Below, one piece after another: positions 44,332 to 54,244 of a DNA stretch of 64,000 nt. The first letter of the stretch is position 1. Each line of letters opens with the position of its first letter. The stretch is from an uncultured delta proteobacterium (GTDB taxonomy: Bacteria > Desulfobacterota > Syntrophia > Syntrophales > CAMTWB01): the NCBI GenBank assembly GCA_947085375.1, contig CAMTWB010000007.1, positions 44,261-108,260 of the forward strand, given 5' to 3'. The notes below the pieces were generated by a model. That model did not search any database. It saw nothing but the letters and a program-made list of their open reading frames with translations, and was not told the origin of the DNA. The position numbers were made by a program, and so were the translations under genes.

Positions 44332-45786
44332 GTGTACATACATGCTGTGCTCATAATCATAGCGTTTGCGACCATACTGCTGTGGCTACTGGCGGCGAGC
44401 AGGCCCGTTGACGCCAAGGATGACCAGCCAACTCTGCCGGCAATCCTTTTGGCATCATGGACTATTGCCGGTGCCGTATTTGGGTTCGCCTTTTATGTTC
44501 TTAAGATCCCCGGCGTATTTGATATTACCATCGAGCGGCTGCTCTTTTCACTCATCCTATTGCTGTTGGTAACTGGTCTTTTTACCGGGAAGGTGCGATT
44601 TCAAACCAACATAACAATTGAAATAGTCATGGGCATTTTTGTCTTACTGTGCCTTCTTTCCATGCTACGAACCGGATTTACTCCGCTTACCCCTGAATTC
44701 GTCTCCCCCTGGTTTGTGTTTATAACCGGCTACCTTTTCCCTTTCTTGGTGTTTGTCTTTGCCAAGAATTATATCTTCAGCGCAAGGGATGTGACGCTTA
44801 TCTTCCATGCGCTGTTCTATTTTGGGTTGTATCTCTCAATTATATCTTTTTTTGAATTCTACGACTTAAGCCAGTTTGTTTTCCCTGGATACATCCGCGA
44901 TCCTCTGGTGTCCCCGCTGCACTTGGAGCGGGCGCGGGGGCCATTTCTAAATGCGGCCTTCAATGGGGTCGGAATTCTGATCGGATTTATCAGCGGGCTT
45001 CACCTATTGGAAAAAAAAACCGGCCTGGCCAAAGCATTTTATCAAGGCTCCCTGCTCTTATTCTTCCCGGCTGTTTTCTTTACCCTGACCCGATCTGTCT
45101 ATCTGGGGCTTCTCGTTGCGCTGTTTATTTTTCTGGGATGGTACAAGACGTCATTCTCCAAGTGGAAGCTGATTGCACTGCCGCTGGCGGTGGTAATGAT
45201 TTTGGGAATTGCCCAGTCGCCCCGCTTGTTGTCCGCGGATAGACGGGCGGGAGGTGTTGCCCAGGTTGAAGAAGTGAGTATCCGCTTGGCCTTGTTGAAG
45301 ATATCTTATACATTGTATTCTGAACATCCGCTTACGGGCGTCGGACTGGCACAGTTCATTCCCGCTACCTATTATGCCAAGGTCTATAAGGGGAAGATGC
45401 CCCCGATTGTAGAAGAGGCGGTCGGGACTTTTCAACACAATCATCTGCTGGGAATCGCAACGGAACTGGGGCTTCCCGGATTTCTGGCCTATCTTACCCT
45501 GCTTATATTGATCCTGAGACGACTTAAACAGTTGGCCGGTAAGATGGCTCCAACAGGGATCATGGGAAACAATCTTCGGATTACAATCCTTGCTATCTGG
45601 TGTGTTTATCTGACCAATAACCTGTTTGTGGAGCCTTCAAACAATATTTTTATCAATTCCGTGCCTTTTTTATTTGCGGGAATTGCCGATGGTCTGTATA
45701 CACGTCATCAAGAATTAGTTTTACCTTCTCAATCAAGGGTCAGAATATCTCAGTCACCCATGAGGACAATTAATAACCATGTATAA
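44332..45786 (+). CDS. O-antigen ligase/polymerase-like membrane protein (Wzy_C family)
   Basis: 484-aa polytopic protein with a GTG start. It contains an internal A9 tract at 45011-45019. Confidence 0.7.
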   Translation: MYIHAVLIIIAFATILLWLLAASRPVDAKDDQPTLPAILLASWTIAGAVFGFAFYVLKIPGVFDITIERLLFSLILLLLVTGLFTGKVRFQTNITIEIVMGIFVLLCLLSMLRTGFTPLTPEFVSPWFVFITGYLFPFLVFVFAKNYIFSARDVTLIFHALFYFGLYLSIISFFEFYDLSQFVFPGYIRDPLVSPLHLERARGPFLNAAFNGVGILIGFISGLHLLEKKTGLAKAFYQGSLLLFFPAVFFTLTRSVYLGLLVALFIFLGWYKTSFSKWKLIALPLAVVMILGIAQSPRLLSADRRAGGVAQVEEVSIRLALLKISYTLYSEHPLTGVGLAQFIPATYYAKVYKGKMPPIVEEAVGTFQHNHLLGIATELGLPGFLAYLTLLILILRRLKQLAGKMAPTGIMGNNLRITILAIWCVYLTNNLFVEPSNNIFINSVPFLFAGIADGLYTRHQELVLPSQSRVRISQSPMRTINNHV

Positions 45787-47596
45787 AGATTATTACCATT
45801 TGAAAACCGAACCATTCAGCACCCACCCCAATACAGGCACTTTTTTTGTGTCCAATACCCACAAGGAGGCCTGGTATTATCTGCTCTTCGGCATCGATAC
45901 CCAGGAACCCTTTGTGGTGCTGACCGGCGAATATGGCATGGGAAAAACCCTGCTTTGTCTTAGGCTGATTAAGGTCCTAAAAGAAAAGGGGCTATCCCGG
46001 GTCGAATATATTCCCACTTCCAATGAAGGCTATGGCGGAATTTTGCGGCGAATGGCCTCCAGTCTGGAAATTTCACCGATTCCTGAAGATGAAGAAATTC
46101 TTCAGGACATGATTTATGAGCGTTTTAGGACTGACGCCTCGAATTCCCACTTTTATCTGATAATCGATGATGCCCACGAACTGAGCGCCGCAGTCTTGAC
46201 CAAGCTCAAACATTTATCGACTTTTAATTACAATGAATTTTTTCCGGTGATCATTATTTTTGTGGGACACCCCTCTTTTCTCCAGGAAATGAAAACACCG
46301 GCCCTAAGCTCACTTAATCAGCGGATAAAAAGGCGCTATCACCTGGCTAGGTTTAATTTCGAAGACACCAAAAATTATATTTATTTTCGCTTGATGAAAT
46401 CCGGCGCCACCGGCATCCCCGCTTTTTCTGACGAAACGATTCAAAAGATATTTGAATACAGCGGCGGTGTCCCGCGTTTGATCAACAACATCTGCGACAC
46501 CTGCCTGCTGATAGGCGCATCCAAACAATTGATTTCAATTCCGCCTTCCGTTGTGGCTGATGCCCGAAAGCTTGTTGAAGGCAGCCTGCCGGCTTCGACC
46601 ACACCATCCAGGCCGGATCCTGTTATAAACGAGGTGCCGGCGGACGCTGCGCCTAAGAAGGACAAGCCGCAAACCGCAATCACCTTTTCAGCAGATATTC
46701 CCGCAGATAACACCATTAGCCAGGTTCCCATTTTTTCATCCCTGGATGGGGATGAGGACCAGCCGGAAATACCCCTTCCCGCCGGTTCCGGTCTTAATAA
46801 AAGACTCAGCAAAGCCATTACACGTACTGTCGTTGTCCTTCTGTTGATTCTGGCTGTTTTTTTCCTGTACCGTTATTACCTGCAGGACATTGCTCTCACC
46901 AATTTTATTTCGCCATTTACCAAGGCAGATCCGCAAATGGCGCCGGCGCCGGCACCAACGGAAATGACCCCGGTGGAAATTCCTATCCTGAAAGAAGAGA
47001 TGGCTGATAAACCGCCGGTTGAAACTCCGACTATGCCCCCGGGGACTGAGTCCTTTACAGCGGCGGGCGCCACCCCCGGGCAGGCGGCTTCCCCACATTC
47101 CCAGCAGTTCACTAAAATGGAGCCCTCTTCAACAGCAAGCTTGGAGCAGCCTGCCCTTCATTCCTTTTCGCTCCGAGCTACCAGTTATCAGCAGCCACAG
47201 CGTGCTCTACAGGAGATTTCTGAAATTAAGCAACTGGGATTGAATGCCTATCTGGTTAAGGTAGACTTAGGCGATATGGGCGCCTGGTGGCGAATCTATA
47301 TCGGGTTTTATTCCAGCGAAGATGAAGCGAAAAAAATAATCAGCACCTACAAACTCGCCAATGCCCAGGTTCAAAAAACGGAATACGCCTGCCTGGCAGG
47401 GGAATTTACAAATGAAACCGACAGCTTCAACATGTTTGAAAAATTAAGGCAAGCCGGCCATTTCCCTTATGTAATCCAGAAGGGCAGAAACAGCTATCGC
47501 TTGTATCTAGGCGCTTATGAAAAAAAGTCCGAAGCCGAGGCACTGCAACAGGAACTGCAAAAAAAAGGTGTTAAGTCTCAGGTTGTTAAAAGATGA
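45779..47596 (+). CDS. ExeA-like AAA ATPase with Pro-rich linker, TM segment and two C-terminal SPOR domains
   Basis: Walker A GEYGMGKT and Walker B LIIDDAHE. SPOR-like repeats are present (WWRIYIGFYSSEDEAKK; YRLYLGAYEKKSEAEAL). Confidence 0.75.
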   Translation: MYKDYYHLKTEPFSTHPNTGTFFVSNTHKEAWYYLLFGIDTQEPFVVLTGEYGMGKTLLCLRLIKVLKEKGLSRVEYIPTSNEGYGGILRRMASSLEISPIPEDEEILQDMIYERFRTDASNSHFYLIIDDAHELSAAVLTKLKHLSTFNYNEFFPVIIIFVGHPSFLQEMKTPALSSLNQRIKRRYHLARFNFEDTKNYIYFRLMKSGATGIPAFSDETIQKIFEYSGGVPRLINNICDTCLLIGASKQLISIPPSVVADARKLVEGSLPASTTPSRPDPVINEVPADAAPKKDKPQTAITFSADIPADNTISQVPIFSSLDGDEDQPEIPLPAGSGLNKRLSKAITRTVVVLLLILAVFFLYRYYLQDIALTNFISPFTKADPQMAPAPAPTEMTPVEIPILKEEMADKPPVETPTMPPGTESFTAAGATPGQAASPHSQQFTKMEPSSTASLEQPALHSFSLRATSYQQPQRALQEISEIKQLGLNAYLVKVDLGDMGAWWRIYIGFYSSEDEAKKIISTYKLANAQVQKTEYACLAGEFTNETDSFNMFEKLRQAGHFPYVIQKGRNSYRLYLGAYEKKSEAEALQQELQKKGVKSQVVKR

Positions 47597-47661
47597 TGAA
47601 TTTAGTTTAAACGCCGCCACCGGGCCTTTTGCCGGGTCGGCAAAGATAAGGGGGGGGGATT

Positions 47662-48597
47662 GTGCGTATCTGGGAAGATGTATATTCCAAGCTCAAAGGG
47701 GTCGGAGGAGGACCTGTTGCTGCCCAAACCGATCAAAATCACTATCAGCAGCAACAATATCAGCTGCGGTCTGAATCGCTTGATCAGCAAGTAAGCTCAG
47801 CCGACTCCGGCCTATTGGAGGATGAAATGCACAGCCGCATCACCAAGCCGCAGTCGGCAAACCAGGCCGATCAGGAAGGGGCGGCTCAACCCACGACCAA
47901 ACCGGTGCATTCACGATTCATCCCGCGGATTCCATCGGGCAGGCCTTCCGCCCCCTATCCGCCAACATTGGCCAAAATGCGCCACAGCCTGGCGGATGCC
48001 TGGGCCAATATAATGCTGGAAACAAAACAAACGGTTGAGACGCTCTTGGTATGCGGCTCAGCCAGACAAGAAGGGACCACTTTGATTTCCTTTCACCTGG
48101 CTATGTTTTTGTCCAAAGAATACAACATGAAGGTTCTGTATGTAGATACGAATCTCAATCATACGGCGATCCCGAATACCCAGAGACGTCCGGGTGTTTA
48201 TTCCTTTGTTTCCGAAAAGAAAGATTTGGCCTCTCTGGTTGTGCCAACCCAGTATCCGGGGCTTTATTTGCTGCCTTCCGGAGCCGGCGCTGTTGCAAAA
48301 AATGTTGGCAGCAATATGCTCTCGCGCGAACCCATCGAAAACCTGCTTAAGTTTTGCCGGACAAATTTTGACATGACGGTTATCGATGGCCAGCCGTTGC
48401 TCAGCAGCCCCGTTATGATAGAATTTGCCAGGGTCGTTGACATGACGCTATTGGTATGTCGCTATGGATTTTCCCGGTATGAAGTAAGCAGGCTGGCTGT
48501 CGATAAACTGCAAAAATTCGGTGTAAATTCGATCGGGGTGATTTTCAATGACCGTAAGTTTCCCGTACCCCCAAAACTATATAAGATTATGGGTTGA
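47662..48597 (+). CDS. BY-kinase-like (CpsD/CapB, MinD/ParA-fold) protein with a degenerate Walker A
   Basis: The C-terminal half of about 200 aa aligns by eye to the tyrosine autokinase fold (VLYVDTNL, FDMTVIDGQPLL). The P-loop reads GSARQEGTT, with no Lys. There is no C-terminal Tyr cluster. GTG start behind a G9 tract. Confidence 0.55.
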   Translation: MRIWEDVYSKLKGVGGGPVAAQTDQNHYQQQQYQLRSESLDQQVSSADSGLLEDEMHSRITKPQSANQADQEGAAQPTTKPVHSRFIPRIPSGRPSAPYPPTLAKMRHSLADAWANIMLETKQTVETLLVCGSARQEGTTLISFHLAMFLSKEYNMKVLYVDTNLNHTAIPNTQRRPGVYSFVSEKKDLASLVVPTQYPGLYLLPSGAGAVAKNVGSNMLSREPIENLLKFCRTNFDMTVIDGQPLLSSPVMIEFARVVDMTLLVCRYGFSRYEVSRLAVDKLQKFGVNSIGVIFNDRKFPVPPKLYKIMG

Positions 48598-49766
48598 TTG
48601 TGGCTGAAATGCCGGGGAGGAAAAGGACGATCCTCCATGTGATTGATGCGTTGAATGTTGGCGGCGCTCAGGAATTGCTGGCGCTTCTGGCAGAGAAGGC
48701 GCCCCGAGCTAACTACCAAACCATCGTCTGCGTGATTCAACCCGATACGACAATCAAGGCGCGAATTGAGTCAACAGGAGTGCCGGTCTATTGCTTCAAC
48801 AGACCCAGAGCCAGCATATATAACCCTCTTGCTTTCTTTCTCTATTTTTATAGAAACATCAGGGATGTCATCTTACTGTGCCGGCGCCATAAGGTCCATG
48901 TAGTCCATTGCCACCTGTCGGATGCAGAATTTATCGGCATTCCGGCGGGATGGCTCTATCGCGCCGACAGGGTTATTTCTACCGTGCATTATCCGGCTCT
49001 ACTGCCGGAGCGAAAGGCTGGCGTCTGGCGAAATTACTTTCGCATCGGCGCAACCAGGGCGCTTTATCAGCTGACGGATTACGTGGTCGCCGTGTCCGCT
49101 GATGTGGCGGAACAACTCCAGAGCATCTTTCATCTGGCGCCTGCAAAAATCAGGGTCATAATCAATGGGATTGATGTCGAGGCAATCGCCGGCACCCGTC
49201 CCAACCGGGAGTTGTTGTCCAATATTAACGCCTTGCCGGGGCAGCGGCTGGTAACTTCCGTCGGACGTCTGATGCCTCCCAAGGGGCATTGCCATCTGGT
49301 TGCGGCCATGCCGTATTTGACCAGCCGGTTTGTCAACGTGAAATTGCTTTTAGCAGGCGATGGCGACCTGCGGGAATCGCTTGTGCAGCAGAGTCTGCAT
49401 CTGGGGGTTTGCGATGCGATTTCCTTCCTTGGCAGCAGAAATGATGTCCCTGAGATCCTGGCCTTAACAGAGATTTTTGTCCTTCCTTCCACTTCAGAAG
49501 GGACATCGCTTGCGCTTCTGGAAGCGATGGCAGCCGGAAAACCGATTGTTGCCACTGATATTCCCGGAAACCGCGCCATCTTAAAACACGGATACAATTG
49601 TCTCTTGGTTCCCCCGGGCAATGCGGAGAAGCTTGCTTGCGCAATTATTTTTTTACTTGACCACCCCGGTATTGCCTCTGATTACGGCCGCAATGCCCTT
49701 AAGGAGGTGTACCAGCGGTTCAACATTAACAACACCATAACAGAGCTTATGGGTATTTGGGGATAA
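48594..49766 (+). CDS. Glycosyltransferase family 4 (GT-B)
   Basis: 390 aa with the EGTSLALLEAMAAGKPIVATD motif. Confidence 0.8.
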   Translation: MIVAEMPGRKRTILHVIDALNVGGAQELLALLAEKAPRANYQTIVCVIQPDTTIKARIESTGVPVYCFNRPRASIYNPLAFFLYFYRNIRDVILLCRRHKVHVVHCHLSDAEFIGIPAGWLYRADRVISTVHYPALLPERKAGVWRNYFRIGATRALYQLTDYVVAVSADVAEQLQSIFHLAPAKIRVIINGIDVEAIAGTRPNRELLSNINALPGQRLVTSVGRLMPPKGHCHLVAAMPYLTSRFVNVKLLLAGDGDLRESLVQQSLHLGVCDAISFLGSRNDVPEILALTEIFVLPSTSEGTSLALLEAMAAGKPIVATDIPGNRAILKHGYNCLLVPPGNAEKLACAIIFLLDHPGIASDYGRNALKEVYQRFNINNTITELMGIWG

Positions 49767-50887
49767 AAATGGTTAAAATCGCGGCAACTGGCTTAAGGGG
49801 AATTCCGGCGACATGGGGCGGTGTCGAGCATCATTGCGAAAACCTCTACTCACGCCTGGCTCAGCAGGGATATGATATTACCATCTATGCCCGCAGCTAC
49901 TATGTCCCCCCGGGCGTGAAATATTATAAGGGGCTCAAGATTGTTCGCCTTCCTACCCTTAACCTCAAATATACCGACGCATTGTTACACACGTTTTTTT
50001 CGCTGATTCATATTCTTTTTACCAATCCGGATATCGTTCATATTCATGGGATTGGCCCCTCTTTCTTCAGTTGGATGCCCCGTCTTTTCCGACCCCGGAT
50101 GAAGGTTTTTTTCACCTGTCACGGGCTCGACTGGCAGCGTAAAAAATGGCCCTGGTGGGCGTCTAAACTGATCTATTTGGGCCAGCTGTGCGCAATTCTC
50201 TTTGCACAACACCGGATTGTGGTTTCCCGCGAACTTAAGCAGTACTTTGCTTCCGTCCATAAAGTCGATACTTTTTATATCCCCAACGGGATTACGCCGA
50301 TTCCACCCCGAGAGCCAAATTTGATCAAGCAATGGGGCCTGTCGGCCCAAAGCTATTTTCTGTGCGTCGGCCGCCTGGTTCCCGAAAAGCGGATGGAGGA
50401 TGTTATTAAAGCCTATTTATTGAAACCGCGAGAATATAGTCTGGTGATTGTGGGAGACAATGCCGCGGCCGGACAGTATCTGAATGACTTGCTAAAGCTT
50501 GCCAAGAACAGCCCGTCGGTCATTTTCACCGGCTATCAGTTCGGGGCTGTCCTGGAAGAACTATTTTCCAATGCCCGCGCCTTTGTAACCGCATCCGAAT
50601 TGGAGGGACTGCCAATAACTCTGCTGGAAGCCTTATCCTATGGCACAATGTGCGTTACAAGCGATATCGGCCCCCACATGGAACTGATGGCAGGCCTCCC
50701 CGGCCTGACCTTTCCGGTAGGGGATATTAATACTCTCTTGGGCCACATGAATCATCTTGAAACTATGACGGAAAAGCAGTATGATGACTTCAGGCAGCAG
50801 GCAGTTGCGATGATTTCCGGGCAGTTCAGTTGGGAGAGGGCCTGCGGCGAGCATGACCGCTTATATCGCACGAGCCTGTACCGTTAA
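49757..50887 (+). CDS. Glycosyltransferase family 4 (GT-B)
   Basis: 376 aa with the ELEGLPITLLEALSYGTMCVTSD motif. Confidence 0.8.
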   Translation: MGIKMVKIAATGLRGIPATWGGVEHHCENLYSRLAQQGYDITIYARSYYVPPGVKYYKGLKIVRLPTLNLKYTDALLHTFFSLIHILFTNPDIVHIHGIGPSFFSWMPRLFRPRMKVFFTCHGLDWQRKKWPWWASKLIYLGQLCAILFAQHRIVVSRELKQYFASVHKVDTFYIPNGITPIPPREPNLIKQWGLSAQSYFLCVGRLVPEKRMEDVIKAYLLKPREYSLVIVGDNAAAGQYLNDLLKLAKNSPSVIFTGYQFGAVLEELFSNARAFVTASELEGLPITLLEALSYGTMCVTSDIGPHMELMAGLPGLTFPVGDINTLLGHMNHLETMTEKQYDDFRQQAVAMISGQFSWERACGEHDRLYRTSLYR

Positions 50888-50897
50888 TGATAATCCC

Positions 50898-52340
50898 ATG
50901 GTGAGTCAGGACAGACAGATGTTAAGACGGATTGAACTGGCGGCAGACGTTTTTCTGACAGTAATGGCTTTTGTCGCCGCATACGCCATCAAACAAAGCT
51001 GGCTGGCCGGTCCTTTTGAAGGACTGACCACGACTCCCAATTATTATTACGTACTGCTTTTGATCATCGTCATCTGGTATATAATCCTGGATATTGTAAA
51101 TGTAAACTACCGCTATGGCGTGAAAATTGCGTTTCCTCTGGTGATGGAGCTGTTTAAGGCAGTCACCATCAGTATCGCAGTATTACTGGTTTGCCTGTAT
51201 ATTTTAAAAATCACCGATGTCAGCCGTCTCTTGATTTTGCTATTTTATGTCCTTGATTTGATCGTTCTTATTATGGCGCGGGTGCTGCTCGACCTGTTGG
51301 TTACATCCAAACGCCGGGATAGCTATTTCCATCGTTATATCCTCATCCTGGGAAGCCGGACCGCCGCGCAGGAACTCATCCAAATGGTCTGCAATCAAAA
51401 GGGATCCACCATTAAAATTGTGGGTTGTATCGAAACTGATCCGGTGGATGTCGGAAAAACGGTAGCTTGTGGAATCCCGGTAATTGGGACGTTAGATGAT
51501 CTGCGGACTATTTTGCTCAATCAGGTCGTCGATGAAGTGCTGATCACCATGCCATTGAACGAGATTAAAAATTCCGAGTGGTACCTGTCCTTTATCAACA
51601 GCTTTGGAATCACCGTCCGAATTATCCCCTACTGGTATATTCGCAAATTCATGACGATCCATGCCTTTCACTCCGTCCGGGTGGAGCAGTTTTTGTCTGA
51701 GCCCGCGCTCGTTGTCAGCCGGGTTCAGAAAAATCAGGACGCCCTGGCGATCAAGGCCATCATGGATTATACTTTGGCCATTTGTGGGCTAATCATTGCC
51801 GCGCCGCTGTTTTTGATTATACCCTGTCTGATCAAATTGATTTCTCCCGGTCCTGTTTTTTATAAGCAGATTCGCAGCGGTCAGGATGGCAGAAAATTTC
51901 CCCTCTTCAAATTTCGCACTATGGTGGTTGGCGCTGAAGAGCAGCAGTACACCCTGATCGAGCGCAATGAGGCCGACGGCCCGGTATTTAAAATCAAGGA
52001 TGACCCCCGCATCATTCCCTATATCGGGAAACTATTACGGAAATTCGGCATTGATGAAATCCCCCAGTTGATAAATGTGCTCCGGGGGGAGATGAGTATT
52101 GTCGGGCCCAGACCGCCAACACCCGCTGAAGTGGAAAAATATGAACTCTGGCAACGCCGGCGCCTCTCGATGAAGCCGGGGATTACCTGTATCTGGCAGG
52201 TCCAGCCCGGAAGAAACGATATTCCATTCAACCAGTGGATGAATATGGATATGGATTACATTGACCACTGGTCTTTACGGTTGGATATAGTTCTGATCTT
52301 GAAAACAATTCCGGCGCTCCTACTGGGGCAGGGCAGATAA
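50898..52340 (+). CDS. Priming polyprenyl-phosphate sugar transferase (WcaJ/EpsB-like, Bac_transf)
   Basis: N-terminal TM helices, a CoA-binding-like region, and C-terminal PGPVFYKQIRSGQDGRKFPLFKFRTM...GPRP. The start is trimmed to the ATG at 50898, which follows the upstream stop. Confidence 0.85.
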   Translation: MVSQDRQMLRRIELAADVFLTVMAFVAAYAIKQSWLAGPFEGLTTTPNYYYVLLLIIVIWYIILDIVNVNYRYGVKIAFPLVMELFKAVTISIAVLLVCLYILKITDVSRLLILLFYVLDLIVLIMARVLLDLLVTSKRRDSYFHRYILILGSRTAAQELIQMVCNQKGSTIKIVGCIETDPVDVGKTVACGIPVIGTLDDLRTILLNQVVDEVLITMPLNEIKNSEWYLSFINSFGITVRIIPYWYIRKFMTIHAFHSVRVEQFLSEPALVVSRVQKNQDALAIKAIMDYTLAICGLIIAAPLFLIIPCLIKLISPGPVFYKQIRSGQDGRKFPLFKFRTMVVGAEEQQYTLIERNEADGPVFKIKDDPRIIPYIGKLLRKFGIDEIPQLINVLRGEMSIVGPRPPTPAEVEKYELWQRRRLSMKPGITCIWQVQPGRNDIPFNQWMNMDMDYIDHWSLRLDIVLILKTIPALLLGQGR

Positions 52341-52384
52341 TTACGGACAGCGGCAGCGCTTCAGGTACAAACCCAGCCCAGCCA

Positions 52385-52413
52385 GTAAAGATTCAGTGTA
52401 ACTGAATCTTTAC
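52385..52413 (+). terminator. 12-bp perfect hairpin GTAAAGATTCAG-TGTAA-CTGAATCTTTAC after the EPS genes
   Basis: Read directly. There is no T-run, so a terminator function is uncertain. Confidence 0.3.
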
Positions 52414-52467
52414 CCCAGCCATCACATTTTTCTTGACTTTTTTACCGCCGGAAACCATTCTGTCAAC

Positions 52468-52986
52468 ATGGAAAACGAAGAGCAAGTCCTCCGGTATCTT
52501 GACGTCCACAATACCCTTACGCTTTGCACGGCCCAAGACGGCCTGCCTCACGGGGCAACAGTTTTCTATGTCAACCGCGGTTTTGTTCTATATTTTTTGA
52601 GCAGCCCCGACAGCAGACACGGGACTGATATTGCCGGCAATCCACGAGTGGCGGCCACAATAAGCGAGGATTGCAGCGCTTGGCTGAACATCAAGGGAAT
52701 CCAATTAGAAGGGATGGCGCAGCCCGTAGGAACAATTAGGGACAACATTTCGCTCGCCAAAACTTATGCGAAAAAATTCCCCGGCGTCAAGGAGCTGCTC
52801 TTTTCGCCCTCCAAGCTGGACCTGACGGTCCTCAAGAAGATCTCCGGCGTTATTTTTTATCAACTGACTCCCCAACGGATCTATTTTATCGACAATTCCA
52901 TCTCTTTTGGTCACCGGGAGGAGCTCTTGTTATCAAATGGCGTTCCCCGGAAGGGACCAGGGGAACTTAAACACAGGAGAAGATAA
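52468..52986 (+). CDS. Pyridoxamine 5'-phosphate oxidase-like FMN-binding protein
   Basis: 172 aa with a split-barrel pattern (LTLCTAQDGLPHGATVFY). Confidence 0.6.
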   Translation: MENEEQVLRYLDVHNTLTLCTAQDGLPHGATVFYVNRGFVLYFLSSPDSRHGTDIAGNPRVAATISEDCSAWLNIKGIQLEGMAQPVGTIRDNISLAKTYAKKFPGVKELLFSPSKLDLTVLKKISGVIFYQLTPQRIYFIDNSISFGHREELLLSNGVPRKGPGELKHRRR

Positions 52987-53384
52987 TGAAAAGACTCAGC
53001 ATCAAAACCGCGGCGCGAATTGAAATGATCGACATTACCGATCAACTGCGAGCCTTACTGAAGGAAACAGGGGTAGTAAACGGCATTTGTCACCTTTTCG
53101 TCCCCCATACCACGGCGGCTATAACGATTAACGAGAATGCTGACCCCGATGTGACCCAGGACATCCTGATCAGTCTGGAAAAACTGATACCGGTAAACGA
53201 CCCATATCGCCACATCGAGGGGAATGCGGCGGCGCATATCAAGGCCGCCATCCTGGGTCCGTCGGAGGTTATTTTTATCGAAAAGGGAGACTTCGCCTTT
53301 GGTATGTGGCAGTCCGTTTTCTTCTGCGAGTTTGACGGTCCGCGTGCCAGACAGCTTTTGGTAAACATAACTGCCACCAACTAA
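52986..53384 (+). CDS. YjbQ/UPF0047 family protein
   Basis: 132 aa. VPHTTAAITINENADPDV ... GNAAAHIKAAILGPS is the family signature. Confidence 0.8.
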   Translation: MKRLSIKTAARIEMIDITDQLRALLKETGVVNGICHLFVPHTTAAITINENADPDVTQDILISLEKLIPVNDPYRHIEGNAAAHIKAAILGPSEVIFIEKGDFAFGMWQSVFFCEFDGPRARQLLVNITATN

Positions 53385-54244
53385 ATGGTCTCGGCCTGCC
53401 TCAATTGCATAAGCATTTCCTGATGGATTATCCCGTTTGACGCGGCGATATCCGGTGAAGAAAGCTGATGGGGCCGGCCGGACAGTTCTGTCGTCACCCC
53501 TCCCGCCTCCTGGATCAGGAGCAACCCCGCTGCCACATCCCAGGGCATCAGCTGCAGCTCCCAAAAACCGTCAAACCGCCCTGCCGCCACATAGGCCATA
53601 TCCAGGGCCGCTGAACCGGGCCGCCGGACAGCCTGGCATGATACTGCCATATGGTTGAAATATTTTATATTGTTGTTTTTTGCGGTCCTTATATTGTATG
53701 GGAAGCCGGTTGCAAGCAGGCTTGCCTCCAGATTGTCAACCTTGGATACGGAAATCCTGCGGCCATTGAGAAATGCGCCCTGTCCCTTTTCGGCGACAAA
53801 CATCTCGCCTAGCATCGGATTGAATACCACCCCCAGGCGGATCTCCCCACCAATCTCCAAGGCGATAGAGACAGAAAATACGGGGTTGCCATGGGCATAG
53901 TTGGTTGTCCCATCCAGCGGGTCGATAATCCAGCGGTAATCAGACCCCAGGGCGGTTCCGGGTGATTCTTCCGAAAGAACATCATGCTGGGGATAGCGGG
54001 AGGTTATCCGGCCGATGATAAGTTCCTCGGACAGTCGGTCCGCTTCGGTAACCAGATTTTTTTCCCCTTTGAAGTCCACCTGGTGAGCTTCATGGAGCCG
54101 CCTTTTGAGCAACGACCCGGCTTCTCTGGCAATGGATACAGTGAATCGGCGAAACTTCTCCAATAGCAATTCCTCTCTTGTTCTGGCGTTTTCCTGACTT
54201 CGTTTAAGTGAAAATGATATCGGGCACCTGGGCAATGCTCTCAA
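53381..54244 (-). CDS. Inositol monophosphatase family protein (SuhB-like)
   Basis: Contains the SEE, WIIDPLDGTTNY and WDVAAG motifs. The start is uncertain because the ORF overlaps the upstream HAD gene. Confidence 0.8.
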   Translation of the reverse strand: MRALPRCPISFSLKRSQENARTREELLLEKFRRFTVSIAREAGSLLKRRLHEAHQVDFKGEKNLVTEADRLSEELIIGRITSRYPQHDVLSEESPGTALGSDYRWIIDPLDGTTNYAHGNPVFSVSIALEIGGEIRLGVVFNPMLGEMFVAEKGQGAFLNGRRISVSKVDNLEASLLATGFPYNIRTAKNNNIKYFNHMAVSCQAVRRPGSAALDMAYVAAGRFDGFWELQLMPWDVAAGLLLIQEAGGVTTELSGRPHQLSSPDIAASNGIIHQEMLMQLRQAETI

